Shown here one piece after another: positions 33,202 through 43,510 of a stretch of 64,000 nucleotides of DNA. Below the pieces are notes generated by a model. That model ran no database searches and had not been told where the DNA came from. It worked only from the letters and a program-made list of their open reading frames with translations. How positions within the stretch are numbered: position 1 is the stretch's first letter; the number at the start of each line of letters is the position of its first letter. This DNA comes from an uncultured Gammaproteobacteria bacterium (GTDB taxonomy: Bacteria > Patescibacteriota > Patescibacteriia > UBA9934), in contig CAZKGL010000001.1 in the NCBI GenBank assembly GCA_964552565.1, forward strand, positions 371,061-435,060, read 5' to 3'. Position numbers and translations under genes: made by a program.

Positions 33202-34761
33202 TCACGGGCACTCGAGCGGGCTCTGGTAGACGAGCTCCACCAGGTCGCCGGTGTACGGGACGTCCTCCGAGAACACGACGGCGTGGAGCTCATCGCGCCA
33301 CTGCCAGCCGGTCGTCCGGAGCATGCCGTTCACATAGACGCGGAGCGTCGGGAGGTCGAGGTCGCCGAGCACCGGGAACGTGCTGCGATGGATCTCGCTC
33401 GCCGCGACGGTGTCGACCTCCTCGCTCCACGCGCTCATGAGGTCGAGCGGGGTCCCGTGGGTCGCCGCAGCCGCGTCGAGGTACGTCCCCGCGTAGTCGA
33501 GGTTGACGACCGGCGAGACCTTCACGAGATAGCTCGCGTCTTGGTGCCAGACCATCGTCTCGAGCGACGTGCGCCAATCTTCTGGCGCGACGCCGTCGCC
33601 GTCGTTCGTCTCGTCGCTGAGCGGGATGACGTGGAACAGCGCGTCCGTGCGCGGGAACCCCTCGTTGCACTGCCCGCCGCCGCTCTGCTCGACGACCTTG
33701 GCGGCGAGGTAGATGAGCGACTCGGTAAGCCTGTAGCCGCCGTCCTCTTCGCTGCCCGCTTGCACGGCGGTGGTGAAGGCCGTCGGGAAGTCCGGCGTCG
33801 ACGCATCCATGATGCCGCCGACGAGGCAGCCCGTGTCGCCGGTCACGACGCCGATGCGCCAGTCATCCGTCACGGCGCCGAGCGCGGTGGCGAACGCCGC
33901 AGCCTGTTGCCCGAGCAAATCCTGTACCGGATTCATGGAGTCCGACTGGTCGACGGCGAACAGGATGTCGATCTTGCCGGCCGACGGCACGGTGTAGGGG
34001 TCGGTGTTGCCGCCCGGATTCCCGGCGCTGCCGACCTGCGCGGCCGTCACGGTCCCGCGCGGGTCGTTGCTCGTGACGACGAGCGAGCCGCTCGCACTTC
34101 CGGCGACCGTGGGGCTGAACACCATCTGGACCAGCGCGTCTTCGCCGGGCCGGATGACGAGCGGGAACGGCGGCCGCGTGGCGAGGTCGAACTCGCCGTA
34201 CGTGCTGTCGCTCACGATCTCCGTGATCTCGAGGTCGTCGTTGCCGACGTTCGTGAGGATGAACTCGTCCTCGCGCGGCGGGCAGCCGACGGTCGTCGCG
34301 CCGAAGTCGAGCGGGTCGGGCGTAATGACGAGCTCGGGCATGAGGCCCTCGCCGATGAGCGTGACGAAGGACTCGCCCTCGTCTCTATCGTCGCTCGACA
34401 CCACGACCTGGCCGTGTTCGACCTCCGGATCCGCCGCCGTGAAGCTCACGATGAAGTCGAGCGACTCCATGTGCCGGAGCGCGGTCGCTCCCGGCGCCTC
34501 GACGATGGCGAACCCCGCGTCGCCGCCGAACGGCATGCTGATCGCGGTGACGTTGAGCTCCGAACCTTCGGTCCCGACGTTCGTCACCGTCACCGGGATG
34601 GCGACGGTTTCGCCGGCGGAGAGCGAACCGAAGTCGATCTCCTCGCGCGACACCTCGATTTCCGCCTCGTCGATGCGCCCGATGTGGTCGTCCTTCGTAT
34701 TCAGATTCTGGTCGCTTTTGCAGCCGGGCAGGAGCCAGGCCGCGAGGAAAAGAGCAGTCAT
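33202..34761 (-). CDS. Second lipoprotein with two Ig-like domains and a vWA domain (paralog of 29877-31445)
   Basis: LPGC lipobox; shared GEG(I/L)MPEL.ITPDPLD(Y/F)G; MIDAS DQSDS; start corrected to MTALF with GGGGG SD. Confidence 0.85.
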   Translation of the reverse strand: MTALFLAAWLLPGCKSDQNLNTKDDHIGRIDEAEIEVSREEIDFGSLSAGETVAIPVTVTNVGTEGSELNVTAISMPFGGDAGFAIVEAPGATALRHMESLDFIVSFTAADPEVEHGQVVVSSDDRDEGESFVTLIGEGLMPELVITPDPLDFGATTVGCPPREDEFILTNVGNDDLEITEIVSDSTYGEFDLATRPPFPLVIRPGEDALVQMVFSPTVAGSASGSLVVTSNDPRGTVTAAQVGSAGNPGGNTDPYTVPSAGKIDILFAVDQSDSMNPVQDLLGQQAAAFATALGAVTDDWRIGVVTGDTGCLVGGIMDASTPDFPTAFTTAVQAGSEEDGGYRLTESLIYLAAKVVEQSGGGQCNEGFPRTDALFHVIPLSDETNDGDGVAPEDWRTSLETMVWHQDASYLVKVSPVVNLDYAGTYLDAAAATHGTPLDLMSAWSEEVDTVAASEIHRSTFPVLGDLDLPTLRVYVNGMLRTTGWQWRDELHAVVFSEDVPYTGDLVELVYQSPLECP

Positions 34762-34935
34762 GTCCCCCCGCGATGCCGCCCGATGAGGTTCGGCGGGCAT
34801 CGTCAAGAGCGCATCACGACGAGCAAGCGGGGTCAACCACAACCGGGGCTGCGCCGCCAAGATTGCGGCAGTTTTCCTGTTGAGGTTGTGTGCCGCGCTT
34901 GCACGATGCCGGGCGTCGGCGCGCAATACCGTCAT

Positions 34936-35388
34936 ATGCAGATCCCCGCCGAATTCCGCATCCTTGCGCCGACGCTCGTCGTCGCCGCAAACCGGCTCCA
35001 CGCACGGTTTTTCCTTGTTGACGACAACCGACTCGACGAGCGTGCGCCCATGGACGCCGCGGGTTTCCCCCTCGACGACAAGGAGAAATATTCCATTGAG
35101 GTCTATGACGGCATCCATGCCGGCGGGGATGATGAGCGGATCCTCGACCGGGCCGGCGATGCGCTATTTCGCGACCTCGCCGCACGTCTTCACGCACTCC
35201 TTCAACAAGGTGCGTTCGCACGATGCATCATCATCATCGCAAACGAAAACCGGAGCATGCTGCTCCGGCATCTCACGCCCGATGTTGCGGAGCGCGTCGT
35301 CGACGTCATCGGCAAGGAAATGGTGCGCATGCACCCGATAGATATCGTCCGCGCCGCGTTCGCCCCCGTTGCAGCGACGACGGAATAA
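34936..35388 (+). CDS. Host-attachment/baeRF-like protein
   Basis: VVAAN..HARFF, LFRDLA, IGKEMV pattern. Confidence 0.6.
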   Translation: MQIPAEFRILAPTLVVAANRLHARFFLVDDNRLDERAPMDAAGFPLDDKEKYSIEVYDGIHAGGDDERILDRAGDALFRDLAARLHALLQQGAFARCIIIIANENRSMLLRHLTPDVAERVVDVIGKEMVRMHPIDIVRAAFAPVAATTE

Positions 35389-35859
35389 TTACGCAGGGTT
35401 GCCCGGCCGGTTGTAGCGTCCCATCAGTTCGGCGCGCGCAAGCACGTGCCCCTGCATCGCGTCTTCGACCTCGCGCTTCGTCGCGCCTTCGGCAAGGTCG
35501 AGCGTCGTATCGAGCGCGTAGAGTGTGAAAAAGTAGCGGTGCTCGCGGTCGGGCGGGCAAGGGCCGCCGTAGCCGAGGTTGCCGCGCGTGTTCTTCCCCG
35601 CCGTGCCTTCGGGGCTCTTCCCTTCCCCGACTTCGGCAGTCGTCGGCGGGATATTGAACACGACCCAGTGGTCCCAAACGCTGACCGGCGCGCTCGGCGG
35701 GACGTCCGGATCGTCCATGATGAGCGCGAGGCTCTTCGCGCCGGGCGGGACGTCGGCGATGGAAAGCGGCGGGCTGATGTTTTCGCCGTCGCACGTGTAC
35801 GTCCCAGGGATCGCTCCCCCGTGGGTGAACGCAGAACTCCTAAGTTGCAACATATGCAT
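35389..35859 (-). CDS. YbhB/YbcL (PEBP) family protein
   Basis: DDPD, HWVVFNIP, YGGPCPP, HRYFF. Confidence 0.93.
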   Translation of the reverse strand: MHMLQLRSSAFTHGGAIPGTYTCDGENISPPLSIADVPPGAKSLALIMDDPDVPPSAPVSVWDHWVVFNIPPTTAEVGEGKSPEGTAGKNTRGNLGYGGPCPPDREHRYFFTLYALDTTLDLAEGATKREVEDAMQGHVLARAELMGRYNRPGNPA

Positions 35860-35949
35860 TCTGTGTACGCCAAATGTCGGTGCGGATCAACCACAAGGAG
35901 CATGACGGGCTAGACGGGAGCGCGAAAAACTGCTATCCTGTTGCGTTCT

Positions 35950-36414
35950 ATGGCACGACACGTCCCACGACCCGCACCGTACGCATGCCGCGTGAAACGA
36001 GGCGCCTCAGGCCTCGGTCTTTTTGCCGACGAATCGATTCCGCGCGGCAAGTTTGTCATCGAGTACTGGGGCAAGGTCGTCAGTGAGGACGAGGGCAACC
36101 GCATCGGCGGCAAGTATCTCTTCGACCTCGAGAACGGCAAGATGATCGTCGGCACGACGCGCAAAAACGTCGCGCGGTACATCAACCACTCGTGCAAACC
36201 GAACTGTGAAATCGAATACCGTGGCAACCGCGTCTATATCTATTCGCGCAAGGCAATCAAGCCCGGCGACGAGCTGACGTACGACTACGGCAAGGAGTAC
36301 TTCGACTGGTTCATCAAGCCGCACGGCTGCCGCTGCGGTGCGTGTCGCGCTACGACGCGGACGCGAGCAGCATCAGGAGCGCCGCGGCGAGCGCGAGGTT
36401 CTTCTCGAAATTGA
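35950..36414 (+). CDS. SET domain lysine methyltransferase
   Basis: GLGLFA, RYINHSCKPN, ELTYDY, post-SET CRCGAC. Confidence 0.92.
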   Translation: MARHVPRPAPYACRVKRGASGLGLFADESIPRGKFVIEYWGKVVSEDEGNRIGGKYLFDLENGKMIVGTTRKNVARYINHSCKPNCEIEYRGNRVYIYSRKAIKPGDELTYDYGKEYFDWFIKPHGCRCGACRATTRTRAASGAPRRARGSSRN

Positions 36415-36730
36415 TCCGGTCGCCCATGCGCGCCGCCGGGTCTTTTTCTTTCCAGAACGTGTGCACGAACACTGCGGCGCCGACCAAGAACATGACCAGG
36501 AGCGCGTAGGTGATCGCGATCTGCCACTGGAACAGGACGCCGATGCCGCCGATGACGAGCATTGCGCCCGTCACCGCGACCGAAAGCTTCGGTGCGGGAA
36601 GTTTCTTAAATGTCGCGTAGCCGACCGTCCCCGGGAACTGCGTGAAGTGCTTGACGCCGGAAACGATGAAGTAGATGCCCAGCACGATCTGCCCGATGAG
36701 GAAAAGCGTTTCCATATGCATGGTGTTCAT
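36350..36730 (-). CDS. DoxX family membrane protein
   Basis: HTFW...NFEKNLAL. Confidence 0.85.
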   Translation of the reverse strand: MNTMHMETLFLIGQIVLGIYFIVSGVKHFTQFPGTVGYATFKKLPAPKLSVAVTGAMLVIGGIGVLFQWQIAITYALLVMFLVGAAVFVHTFWKEKDPAARMGDRINFEKNLALAAALLMLLASAS

Positions 36731-36743
36731 GATGAATGATTGA

Positions 36744-37826
36744 TCACTCGATGGGTTCAGTGACCAGCGTGAATGGTACCACGCCGAGCACCTGGCCGCG
36801 TTCGGTTTCGACGCTCACCCGCCACTTGCCCGCCGTCAGCGACGTCTTGAACGAGTAGCCGCGGAAGCCTTCGTCGCGTCCGCCGCTGATGCCGAAGGAA
36901 AGCCGGTCACGCACGTCCCACGCGCCGTCCGCCTCGTCGTAGTACTGCCACTCGTGGTAGATGCGGGTCGTGAGGTCGGCAGGCGCGAAGATCGCCGTAT
37001 AGACATAGATGCGGTTGCTTTCCGCGAGTGACAAGGTCTGCCCGGGCAGAAGCCGGTCCAGCCAAGACTCGTCTTCGCCTTCCCGCACGTATTCGCCGCC
37101 GTCCGTGCCGACACGATAGTACGCGCCGGCGTCGCGTAGCGACAGCGGGATGGGCGGGATGACGTTCGCGAAGTACAAGGCGGTCATCGCGACGAACACC
37201 GTCACGCTCGCCGCGGACATCTTCGTGCGGTCGTTGCGCACGATGGGCGTCATCTTTGCGACAAGGGCAATAAAGCAGAACATCGCGACGAGGCTTGCGG
37301 CGCCTGCGCTGAGGAACGTCCATACGCTGAGCGAGTTGAAGAGGAACGGGAACAAGAGCGTCGTAAACGAAAAGACGATGTACGCGTAGACGCCGACCTG
37401 CACGACCGGCCGCAGGAAGAACTTGCGGAACAGCTCGTTGGACGCCATGAGCGCGGCGAGCATGCCGAGCACCGGCCAGCTGACCGACGCCGCGCCGCTG
37501 AACCAATAGAACACCAGCGCGTTGCTGAGGAGCGCGCCGAACGTGAACTGGATGACCGGTTGCACCGCGACGCGCAGATAGCCGAGCACCTTGCCCTTCA
37601 CCGCCCATTCGCGACCGTCGTAGACGTGGCTGTACACCAGGCACGCGCCGGCGATGACGAGGTACGCGGCCTGGAGCGTGAACGTGGTCTCGATCGAGAG
37701 CGTGCGGAACGTGATCGCGTCAAATACCGTGCCAAGCAAAAGCATGGTCGGCATGAACGCCGCCTCATATTTTTCGTAAAACGCCTTCGCCCGGTCGTAC
37801 CCTTTGACGATGTGCCGCCGGATCAT
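36744..37826 (-). CDS. DUF2914 domain membrane protein
   Basis: Multiple TM; IPPIPLSL, GGRDEGFRGYS, GKWRVSVET. Confidence 0.8.
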   Translation of the reverse strand: MIRRHIVKGYDRAKAFYEKYEAAFMPTMLLLGTVFDAITFRTLSIETTFTLQAAYLVIAGACLVYSHVYDGREWAVKGKVLGYLRVAVQPVIQFTFGALLSNALVFYWFSGAASVSWPVLGMLAALMASNELFRKFFLRPVVQVGVYAYIVFSFTTLLFPFLFNSLSVWTFLSAGAASLVAMFCFIALVAKMTPIVRNDRTKMSAASVTVFVAMTALYFANVIPPIPLSLRDAGAYYRVGTDGGEYVREGEDESWLDRLLPGQTLSLAESNRIYVYTAIFAPADLTTRIYHEWQYYDEADGAWDVRDRLSFGISGGRDEGFRGYSFKTSLTAGKWRVSVETERGQVLGVVPFTLVTEPIE

Positions 37827-37842
37827 GCGGGAAGTATACCAC

Positions 37843-38274
37843 CTAGTCGGTAAGGATCGTCGTGGAAGTCAGTTGTTCGGCGATCGCGGCGAGGTCGGCC
37901 TCGGCGACAGCGTTGCCGCGGAGGTCGAGGGTCTGCAGCCTCGTCAGGTTGCCGAGCTCGAGCGGCAGGCCCGTAAGGTCGTTATCGGAAAGATCGAGCA
38001 TGCGAAGGTCGGCAAGCCGGCCGATTTCCGCCGGGAGGCCGGTCAACCCGTTGCCGCTCGCATCGAACACGCGGAGGCTCGTGAGTCGTCCGATCTCCGC
38101 GGGGATCGCGGTGATGTCGTTATTCGAAACATCCAGCATTTCAAGTTCACGCCGCGTAAACGTGGATGCGGGGATCTCGTCTAACCCGCGTCCGCTCACA
38201 TCCAGCGCCGTCGTTTGCGTACAGCCTGCGCCGAGGATGCATACGACGGACAAAAGTATGGCTCGCCACGTCAT
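37843..38274 (-). CDS. Leucine-rich-repeat lipoprotein
   Basis: GAGC lipobox; about 4 LxxLDLSxNxLTGLPAEIGRL repeats. Confidence 0.88.
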   Translation of the reverse strand: MTWRAILLSVVCILGAGCTQTTALDVSGRGLDEIPASTFTRRELEMLDVSNNDITAIPAEIGRLTSLRVFDASGNGLTGLPAEIGRLADLRMLDLSDNDLTGLPLELGNLTRLQTLDLRGNAVAEADLAAIAEQLTSTTILTD

Positions 38275-38402
38275 ACGAGCGCTCCGCCACCCGCCCTGCG
38301 TCGTGCATGTCAGCATAGAGGGAAGACGTTCGTTACTGTCTGCGGGCCATGATACCATGCAGCCATATGGAACGATCACTCGAACACGACCCGTCAATGG
38401 CA

Positions 38403-38573
38403 ATGTCCGAACTCCATAGCGTCCTCGGCCGGTTACAGGCGGAAGGCGCCATGGACGAGGAAGGTCCGTTCATCCAGCATCTCATGGAACAGGTCCAGCG
38501 TGGGAAGTTGGCGCCGCAGGAAGCGTTGCAGAAGCTCCAGCAGAAGATGCAGTCGCGCGGCGACTACCACTAG
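38403..38573 (+). CDS. Small hypothetical protein
   Basis: 56-aa helical ORF in an intergenic gap. Confidence 0.5.
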   Translation: MSELHSVLGRLQAEGAMDEEGPFIQHLMEQVQRGKLAPQEALQKLQQKMQSRGDYH

Positions 38574-40612
38574 GGCGCCTCGCCTATCGTGACACGCCAG
38601 ACTTCGGCCGCGGTCATGTACAGCGCGTAGAGCGTCCCGTCGGCGTAGACAAACCGCGCGGAAACGTACGCGCCGCGAGCGAGCGGAATACTCCCGAGCC
38701 GCGCGCCTTCCCGGTCGAGGATATACAGCGTTTCTTGACCTTGCCGGTCAATGCCCGCTGTGAGCAGGAGCCCGCGGTCGTTGTCGACCGCCGCGACGAC
38801 GTCGCCGGCAGGAAGCGCGCCTTCCCGGTCGAGCGTCACCGCATCGTAGACGGCGTCCCCGATGAACACGACGTCGTGCGCGTTATCGACGACCAGCGCG
38901 TACGGAAACTCTTTCGCGACCGAGGAAACGGCAATGGTGTCGAGCAGCGCGAAGCCGTTCATCCCGTCGTACACCGACAGCGTCTTTGCCGATGCCGAGT
39001 ACACAAACAGGCGCGCAAGGGGTTCGTACACGCCGACGAGCAATTTTCCTGCGCCGGAAAGGTCGCCGTAGTCGACGCCGGCCGCGTCCGCCAGGTCGAG
39101 CCGGACGACGGTCGTTTCGTCGCGGACATCAAACCCGACGACGCGGTTCTGTTCAGGGATCGCCGCGTACAGGATGCCCCGCGTCGCGTCGTATGCGGCG
39201 TCGCCAATCGCGTCGGACTCCCCTTCGGGAATACCGAGGTGATACGTTTCCACAACCCTGTTTGTATCCGGATCGATCGCGCTCACGGTCGCGCTCAGGA
39301 AGTCGAACGTGAACGCGCGGTCGATGGCGGCGTCGTACGCCATGCCGACCGGCCATGCGGCGTCACCAAGGTCGATGTCCGCAGCCGTACCGCGCGTGGG
39401 GTCGAGATGGACAACGGTATTGCCGCCGAGCCGTCGCGCAAGGAGCAGCGTGCCGTCCGCCGTCGCGACGCCATGCTCGACCGATGCGCCAACGACCACG
39501 GTCTCGTGTTCGCCGTCCGCAAGCGCGATGCGCGTAAACGAGTTCCCATCGTTGTTCACGACATACAGCGCGTCGTCAGTCATCTGCATCGCCGCATGCT
39601 TGAACGGCAGTTGCACCTCGTCGCGCACCTCGTATGTCTCCCGGTCAATAATCGTCACGCCGCCCAAAAACCCGCCGACCGTCCCGTCGTCGAACCCGTT
39701 CGACGTCAACACGGCGGCATGTTCCCCGCGCACCTCGACGCTGCGGGCGTCGGGGACGACCGCAATCCGCGCGAGTTCGCGTCCGGTGGTAACGTCGTAT
39801 ACCACGACGTCGTCCGAGGTTGCGCTGAGGACCCAGAGTTCTTGCGTCGCCGCATCGTACGCCGCGCCAAGAAGGTCGCCTGCGACGTTTGGCACGGTAC
39901 CGACCGTCGATGCGCGCCATGCGGCGTCGTATTGCTCGACGGCGAGGGACTTCGGCCCGTCCTGCACGATGGCAAAGAACTCGCCCTCCTCCGTGATAAC
40001 CGGGAGGTAGCGGTCGAGCGCAAGGCTGGCGACGAGCGGAAACGTGACAAGATGCGCGCTCCGCACCTCGACGCCTTCCTTCGTCGGCACAAAGACCCTG
40101 CTATGCACCGGGTCGAACGCCACGTTGTCGCGAAGGATGCCGGGGAAACGGTGCGTGGCCATCGCGCCCCCCGATTTCGGGTCGATCTGTACAATGCCGT
40201 CATCGGTCGCAAGAAGCAGCCGCCCGCCCCCGCAAAGGAGATTCGGGATCTCATAGCTGCCGGCGGGCAAACCCGAGTCGATGTAGCGGACAATGCCCGC
40301 ATCGTCGAACACGGCGATGTCCGTCGTCATGATGCCCGCCGCGTACCCCTGCTCGAGTGATTCGTCGTAACAGACATCATGGACCTTCAGCACGTTGCCT
40401 TCCGGGAACCCAAGAAGCTCGCCGACCGCGAACATCCCGGAAAGCGCCGGCGCGATCGGTGTCGTTGGAGCGTCGGGACCCGCCTCGTACCGGTCGTCGG
40501 CCTCGAACGAGGGGAGGAGCGCGGTGGTGTCGATGGGCGCGCTGTCTTCAAAAAGGCTGCAACCGGGAAGGACGAGCAGCGCGACGAGTGCCGCGGTGAT
40601 ACGCATAGTCAT
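38570..40612 (-). CDS. YncE-like beta-propeller lipoprotein
   Basis: LPGC lipobox; repeated YVVN/VSAIDP-type blades. Confidence 0.75.
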   Translation of the reverse strand: MTMRITAALVALLVLPGCSLFEDSAPIDTTALLPSFEADDRYEAGPDAPTTPIAPALSGMFAVGELLGFPEGNVLKVHDVCYDESLEQGYAAGIMTTDIAVFDDAGIVRYIDSGLPAGSYEIPNLLCGGGRLLLATDDGIVQIDPKSGGAMATHRFPGILRDNVAFDPVHSRVFVPTKEGVEVRSAHLVTFPLVASLALDRYLPVITEEGEFFAIVQDGPKSLAVEQYDAAWRASTVGTVPNVAGDLLGAAYDAATQELWVLSATSDDVVVYDVTTGRELARIAVVPDARSVEVRGEHAAVLTSNGFDDGTVGGFLGGVTIIDRETYEVRDEVQLPFKHAAMQMTDDALYVVNNDGNSFTRIALADGEHETVVVGASVEHGVATADGTLLLARRLGGNTVVHLDPTRGTAADIDLGDAAWPVGMAYDAAIDRAFTFDFLSATVSAIDPDTNRVVETYHLGIPEGESDAIGDAAYDATRGILYAAIPEQNRVVGFDVRDETTVVRLDLADAAGVDYGDLSGAGKLLVGVYEPLARLFVYSASAKTLSVYDGMNGFALLDTIAVSSVAKEFPYALVVDNAHDVVFIGDAVYDAVTLDREGALPAGDVVAAVDNDRGLLLTAGIDRQGQETLYILDREGARLGSIPLARGAYVSARFVYADGTLYALYMTAAEVWRVTIGEAP

Positions 40613-40638
40613 AACGTCTGGCTATTTCGGATTCATCA

Positions 40639-41391
40639 TTACTCAGAATGCTGCTCTTGCAGCACTGCCCAGTTGTCCTGATCCTCCTGGGCTTCGAAGT
40701 AGGGCCCCTCTCCCTGATAAGTGCACGGATCCCGATCGCGCTCTTCCTTGCTGATGTATAACATCTCTCGTGAGGAAATCCCATACTGCTGGTACTCTGC
40801 GAACACCTCGTCCGTCATGTGGTCGAAGAGGAAATCGAGGTCGGCAAAGGGCCCCGTCCAGTTGTCGATCCGTTTCGGCGGCAGTCCGAGCTTCCCGTAC
40901 ACGAGGTCGAACGTGCGGCCGTACGGCGTGTCGTCAACCGCCGCGTAACCGAGCACCTCCCCGGCGAGGACCCGGCTCCCCACCGTGAGGTCCTCGCGGG
41001 GGTGAATGTGCTGGACGCTGAAGTTCCAGAGGCCGAGCGGCAGGAACGTCCGCACCGGCGAAAGCCATATCTCCCCCTCAAGCCCCTGTTCGGGCTCGTC
41101 GCGGAGAATCGACACATACCCGTCGTACGGCGCGTAGATCGCGACCGTATTCGCCTTCCCGTATTCCGCCTTGACGTCGACATACGCCTTCATGCTGCGC
41201 GCGCCTTCCCGTTCATCCTGCGGGACGGTGACGTGGCCGACGCAGCTGCGGTACTTCGAAATACGCTCGATTTGCTCGAGGTCCATGACGTTGGCGACAA
41301 GGAGCGGCGGCGGCGCAGTCAGGACACGGATGACGTAGGCGACGAAGAGCAGCACAACCGCCCCAACGCATAACAGCATTTTCTTGAGCAT
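40639..41391 (-). CDS. Membrane-anchored hypothetical protein (degenerate M23/barrel-sandwich-like)
   Basis: IYAPYDG, VGSRVLAGEVLG. Confidence 0.65.
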   Translation of the reverse strand: MLKKMLLCVGAVVLLFVAYVIRVLTAPPPLLVANVMDLEQIERISKYRSCVGHVTVPQDEREGARSMKAYVDVKAEYGKANTVAIYAPYDGYVSILRDEPEQGLEGEIWLSPVRTFLPLGLWNFSVQHIHPREDLTVGSRVLAGEVLGYAAVDDTPYGRTFDLVYGKLGLPPKRIDNWTGPFADLDFLFDHMTDEVFAEYQQYGISSREMLYISKEERDRDPCTYQGEGPYFEAQEDQDNWAVLQEQHSE

Positions 41392-41403
41392 AGGATCGCG
41401 TCG

Positions 41404-41760
41404 CTATTTTTCCTTTCGCAAAATGCTGTCCATCGGCTTCCCCTTTGCCAGCTCGTCGATAAGTTTATCGAGATATCGAAGTTCGCGCATGGTCTTTTCC
41501 TTGATGTCTTCCACACGAACGCCGCAGACGATACCGGTAATCCGCTTTCGCTTGGGATTCGGTCGTGGTGCCTCCGCATAAAACGTTTCAAAGTCCGTTT
41601 CTTTCCTGAGCTGCGTCTCCAGTCCCTTCTGCGTATAGCCCGTGAGCCAGCGGATAATTTCATCGACCTCCGTTTTCGTACGTCCCTTTGCCACCGCTTT
41701 CTTCACATAAAGCGGGTAGACGCTGGCGAAGCTCACCCTGTAGATCCGATGCATGGTCAT
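41404..41760 (-). CDS. DUF2200 family protein
   Basis: [27 protein letters not shown]. Confidence 0.9.
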   Translation of the reverse strand: MTMHRIYRVSFASVYPLYVKKAVAKGRTKTEVDEIIRWLTGYTQKGLETQLRKETDFETFYAEAPRPNPKRKRITGIVCGVRVEDIKEKTMRELRYLDKLIDELAKGKPMDSILRKEK

Positions 41761-41831
41761 ATCTTCTTGCACTATAAAGGAAAGCACGAACCTTTTACAG
41801 CTCGTGTTTCCTGCCGCGATTGAGTTGCGTG

Positions 41832-42287
41832 TTACCGACTGAGCTCCTCGGCCAGTCCGATGATGATGCCTTCGGGGCCGCGCAGGAAGCAGAGCCGATA
41901 GATGTCCTCGTATTGCGCAATCTCGCCGACGAGTTCTGCGCCGTGGCCGCGCAGGCGTGCGACGACGTCGTCGATGTCGCCGACGGTGAACATGATGCGG
42001 CGGATGCCCAGCGTGTTCGCGGGTGCGTTTTCTGGCTCGGCTTTCACCGCCGGCGGCCGGTGGAACTTCGTCAGCTCAACCCTGCCGTGGCCATCCGGGG
42101 TCCGCATCAAGGCGATGTCGGCGCGGACGCCGCGCAGCCCGACGACGCTGTCCACCCAAGGCCCCTCGACCGTCGTCTCGCCCTCCAGCTCCATACCGAG
42201 TTCGGCGAAGAACGCTTTCGCCTTCTCGATGTCTTCGACAACGATCAGCACATTGTCCATCCGTAGCGATGTATTTTTTGTAGTCAT
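41832..42287 (-). CDS. VOC/glyoxalase family protein
   Basis: [20 protein letters not shown]. Confidence 0.9.
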   Translation of the reverse strand: MTTKNTSLRMDNVLIVVEDIEKAKAFFAELGMELEGETTVEGPWVDSVVGLRGVRADIALMRTPDGHGRVELTKFHRPPAVKAEPENAPANTLGIRRIMFTVGDIDDVVARLRGHGAELVGEIAQYEDIYRLCFLRGPEGIIIGLAEELSR

Positions 42288-42332
42288 ATGCTTAGGGGAC
42301 GACGTGAGAGCTGCCGTGCAAAAATACGACGG

Positions 42333-42557
42333 CTACATCAGCCGTTTCAGTGAGAACTCGACGCGGAAAACCTCAGTATAAATATCAAGATCATATACCG
42401 CACCGCACCGTGCACATGTCACACGCTCTTTCGTTTGCATTGTTGTACGGATGTGGTGTTCGTCCATGAGGTTACGAATGGCCTGTGGCAGGTCCTCCCT
42501 GTACAGATCGCCGTCGTATTGTTCGGGAATGTGTTGGCAGTTTTCGCACAACTTCAT
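42333..42557 (-). CDS. Small hypothetical protein with two CxxC
   Basis: CENC...CARC. Confidence 0.55.
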   Translation of the reverse strand: MKLCENCQHIPEQYDGDLYREDLPQAIRNLMDEHHIRTTMQTKERVTCARCGAVYDLDIYTEVFRVEFSLKRLM

Positions 42558-42633
42558 ACTTATTCTGATGCCCTATTGAGCGTGCCCATACGAGATCTAG
42601 TTTACCAGCCGAGGCCCCTTACGGGTAGTCGTC

Positions 42634-42664
42634 AAACAACAAAACCCCAGCGTTTCCGCTGAGG
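42634..42664 (-). terminator. Intrinsic terminator immediately beyond degenerate tRNA 3' copy
   Basis: Minus strand CCTCAGCG-GAAA-CGCTGGGG-TTTTGTTGTTT. Confidence 0.75.
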
Positions 42665-42670
42665 AATTGT

Positions 42671-42698
42671 TGGCTCGGCGGCACGGTCTCGAACTCAC
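42671..42698 (-). repeat. Degenerate copy of tRNA-Asn 3' end (putative old att site)
   Basis: 20/28 ungapped identity to 59468-59495. Confidence 0.55.
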
Positions 42699-42839
42699 TT
42701 TACGACAATGATTGAGGGGTCTTTCAAGGGGGTCAAACAGGCACCCGGGTCTCATCAAAGTGAGACAAATGGGACGATACGTCAGGGGGTCACCACAAAC
42801 GAAAATAGCGGAAATAAAGGGGTTTTAATAAATTCCAAT

Positions 42840-43295
42840 ATGCGAACAGAAGACGAACAAAGTAGGACGCTCACAGACGAAGAGATCGGGGACTTTGTGA
42901 GGTTCTTCGAGTTGCTTGCTCAAGTCGATAGACGACTTAAGGGATGGAAAGAGCGTCTCAAGATTGAACCGGAAGGATTCCCGATTAACAATGGGATTTA
43001 CGATTGCAACCTGTGTTGCCGATCTATGAAGGATTACGAGGGTTGGTACGACCAGTACGGATTGAAATGTCCGTTATGCCGAAAGGCGGTCAATGACGGC
43101 ATCGTGCCGGGATCGGCAGTCCTCGATGATACGACGTGGTTTTCGGTGAGTCAGTTGTTGACGAAATACGGATGGCATCATACGACCGTACACAAAAAAG
43201 CGCGGAGCGGAGAGCTGAAGGCGAGAATCGTCAAAAACGTCGATGGCAGGCCATACTTCTACGTGTTCTTGAAGGAGGAGAATCCCGGCATTTAA
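42840..43295 (+). CDS. Hypothetical protein with Zn-finger and C-terminal excisionase-like HTH
   Basis: CNLC...CPLC; FSVSQLLTKYGWHHTTVHKKARSGELKA. Confidence 0.65.
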   Translation: MRTEDEQSRTLTDEEIGDFVRFFELLAQVDRRLKGWKERLKIEPEGFPINNGIYDCNLCCRSMKDYEGWYDQYGLKCPLCRKAVNDGIVPGSAVLDDTTWFSVSQLLTKYGWHHTTVHKKARSGELKARIVKNVDGRPYFYVFLKEENPGI

Positions 43296-43510
43296 GACTT
43301 CATGGTTACGCTACTCAGGCTATTTGGAAGATTTGTTTTTAGGGGTATTTACAGCTTGCTTTGCAATATCAGTTCGACAAATCCCACGTTTAGCGCACGC
43401 ATCCTCACATTCCTGCGCATACTGCGCCTCAAGATACTGAAAGCCGCATTGCTCGCAGGTAAAAAGTGTCTTGTCGTCTTTCTCGACCGTTTTGACCATA
43501 GAGATGGCGA

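Noticed and set aside
42671-42698. A second functional tRNA gene
   Set aside because: Only a degenerate 3' fragment; no D or anticodon arm.
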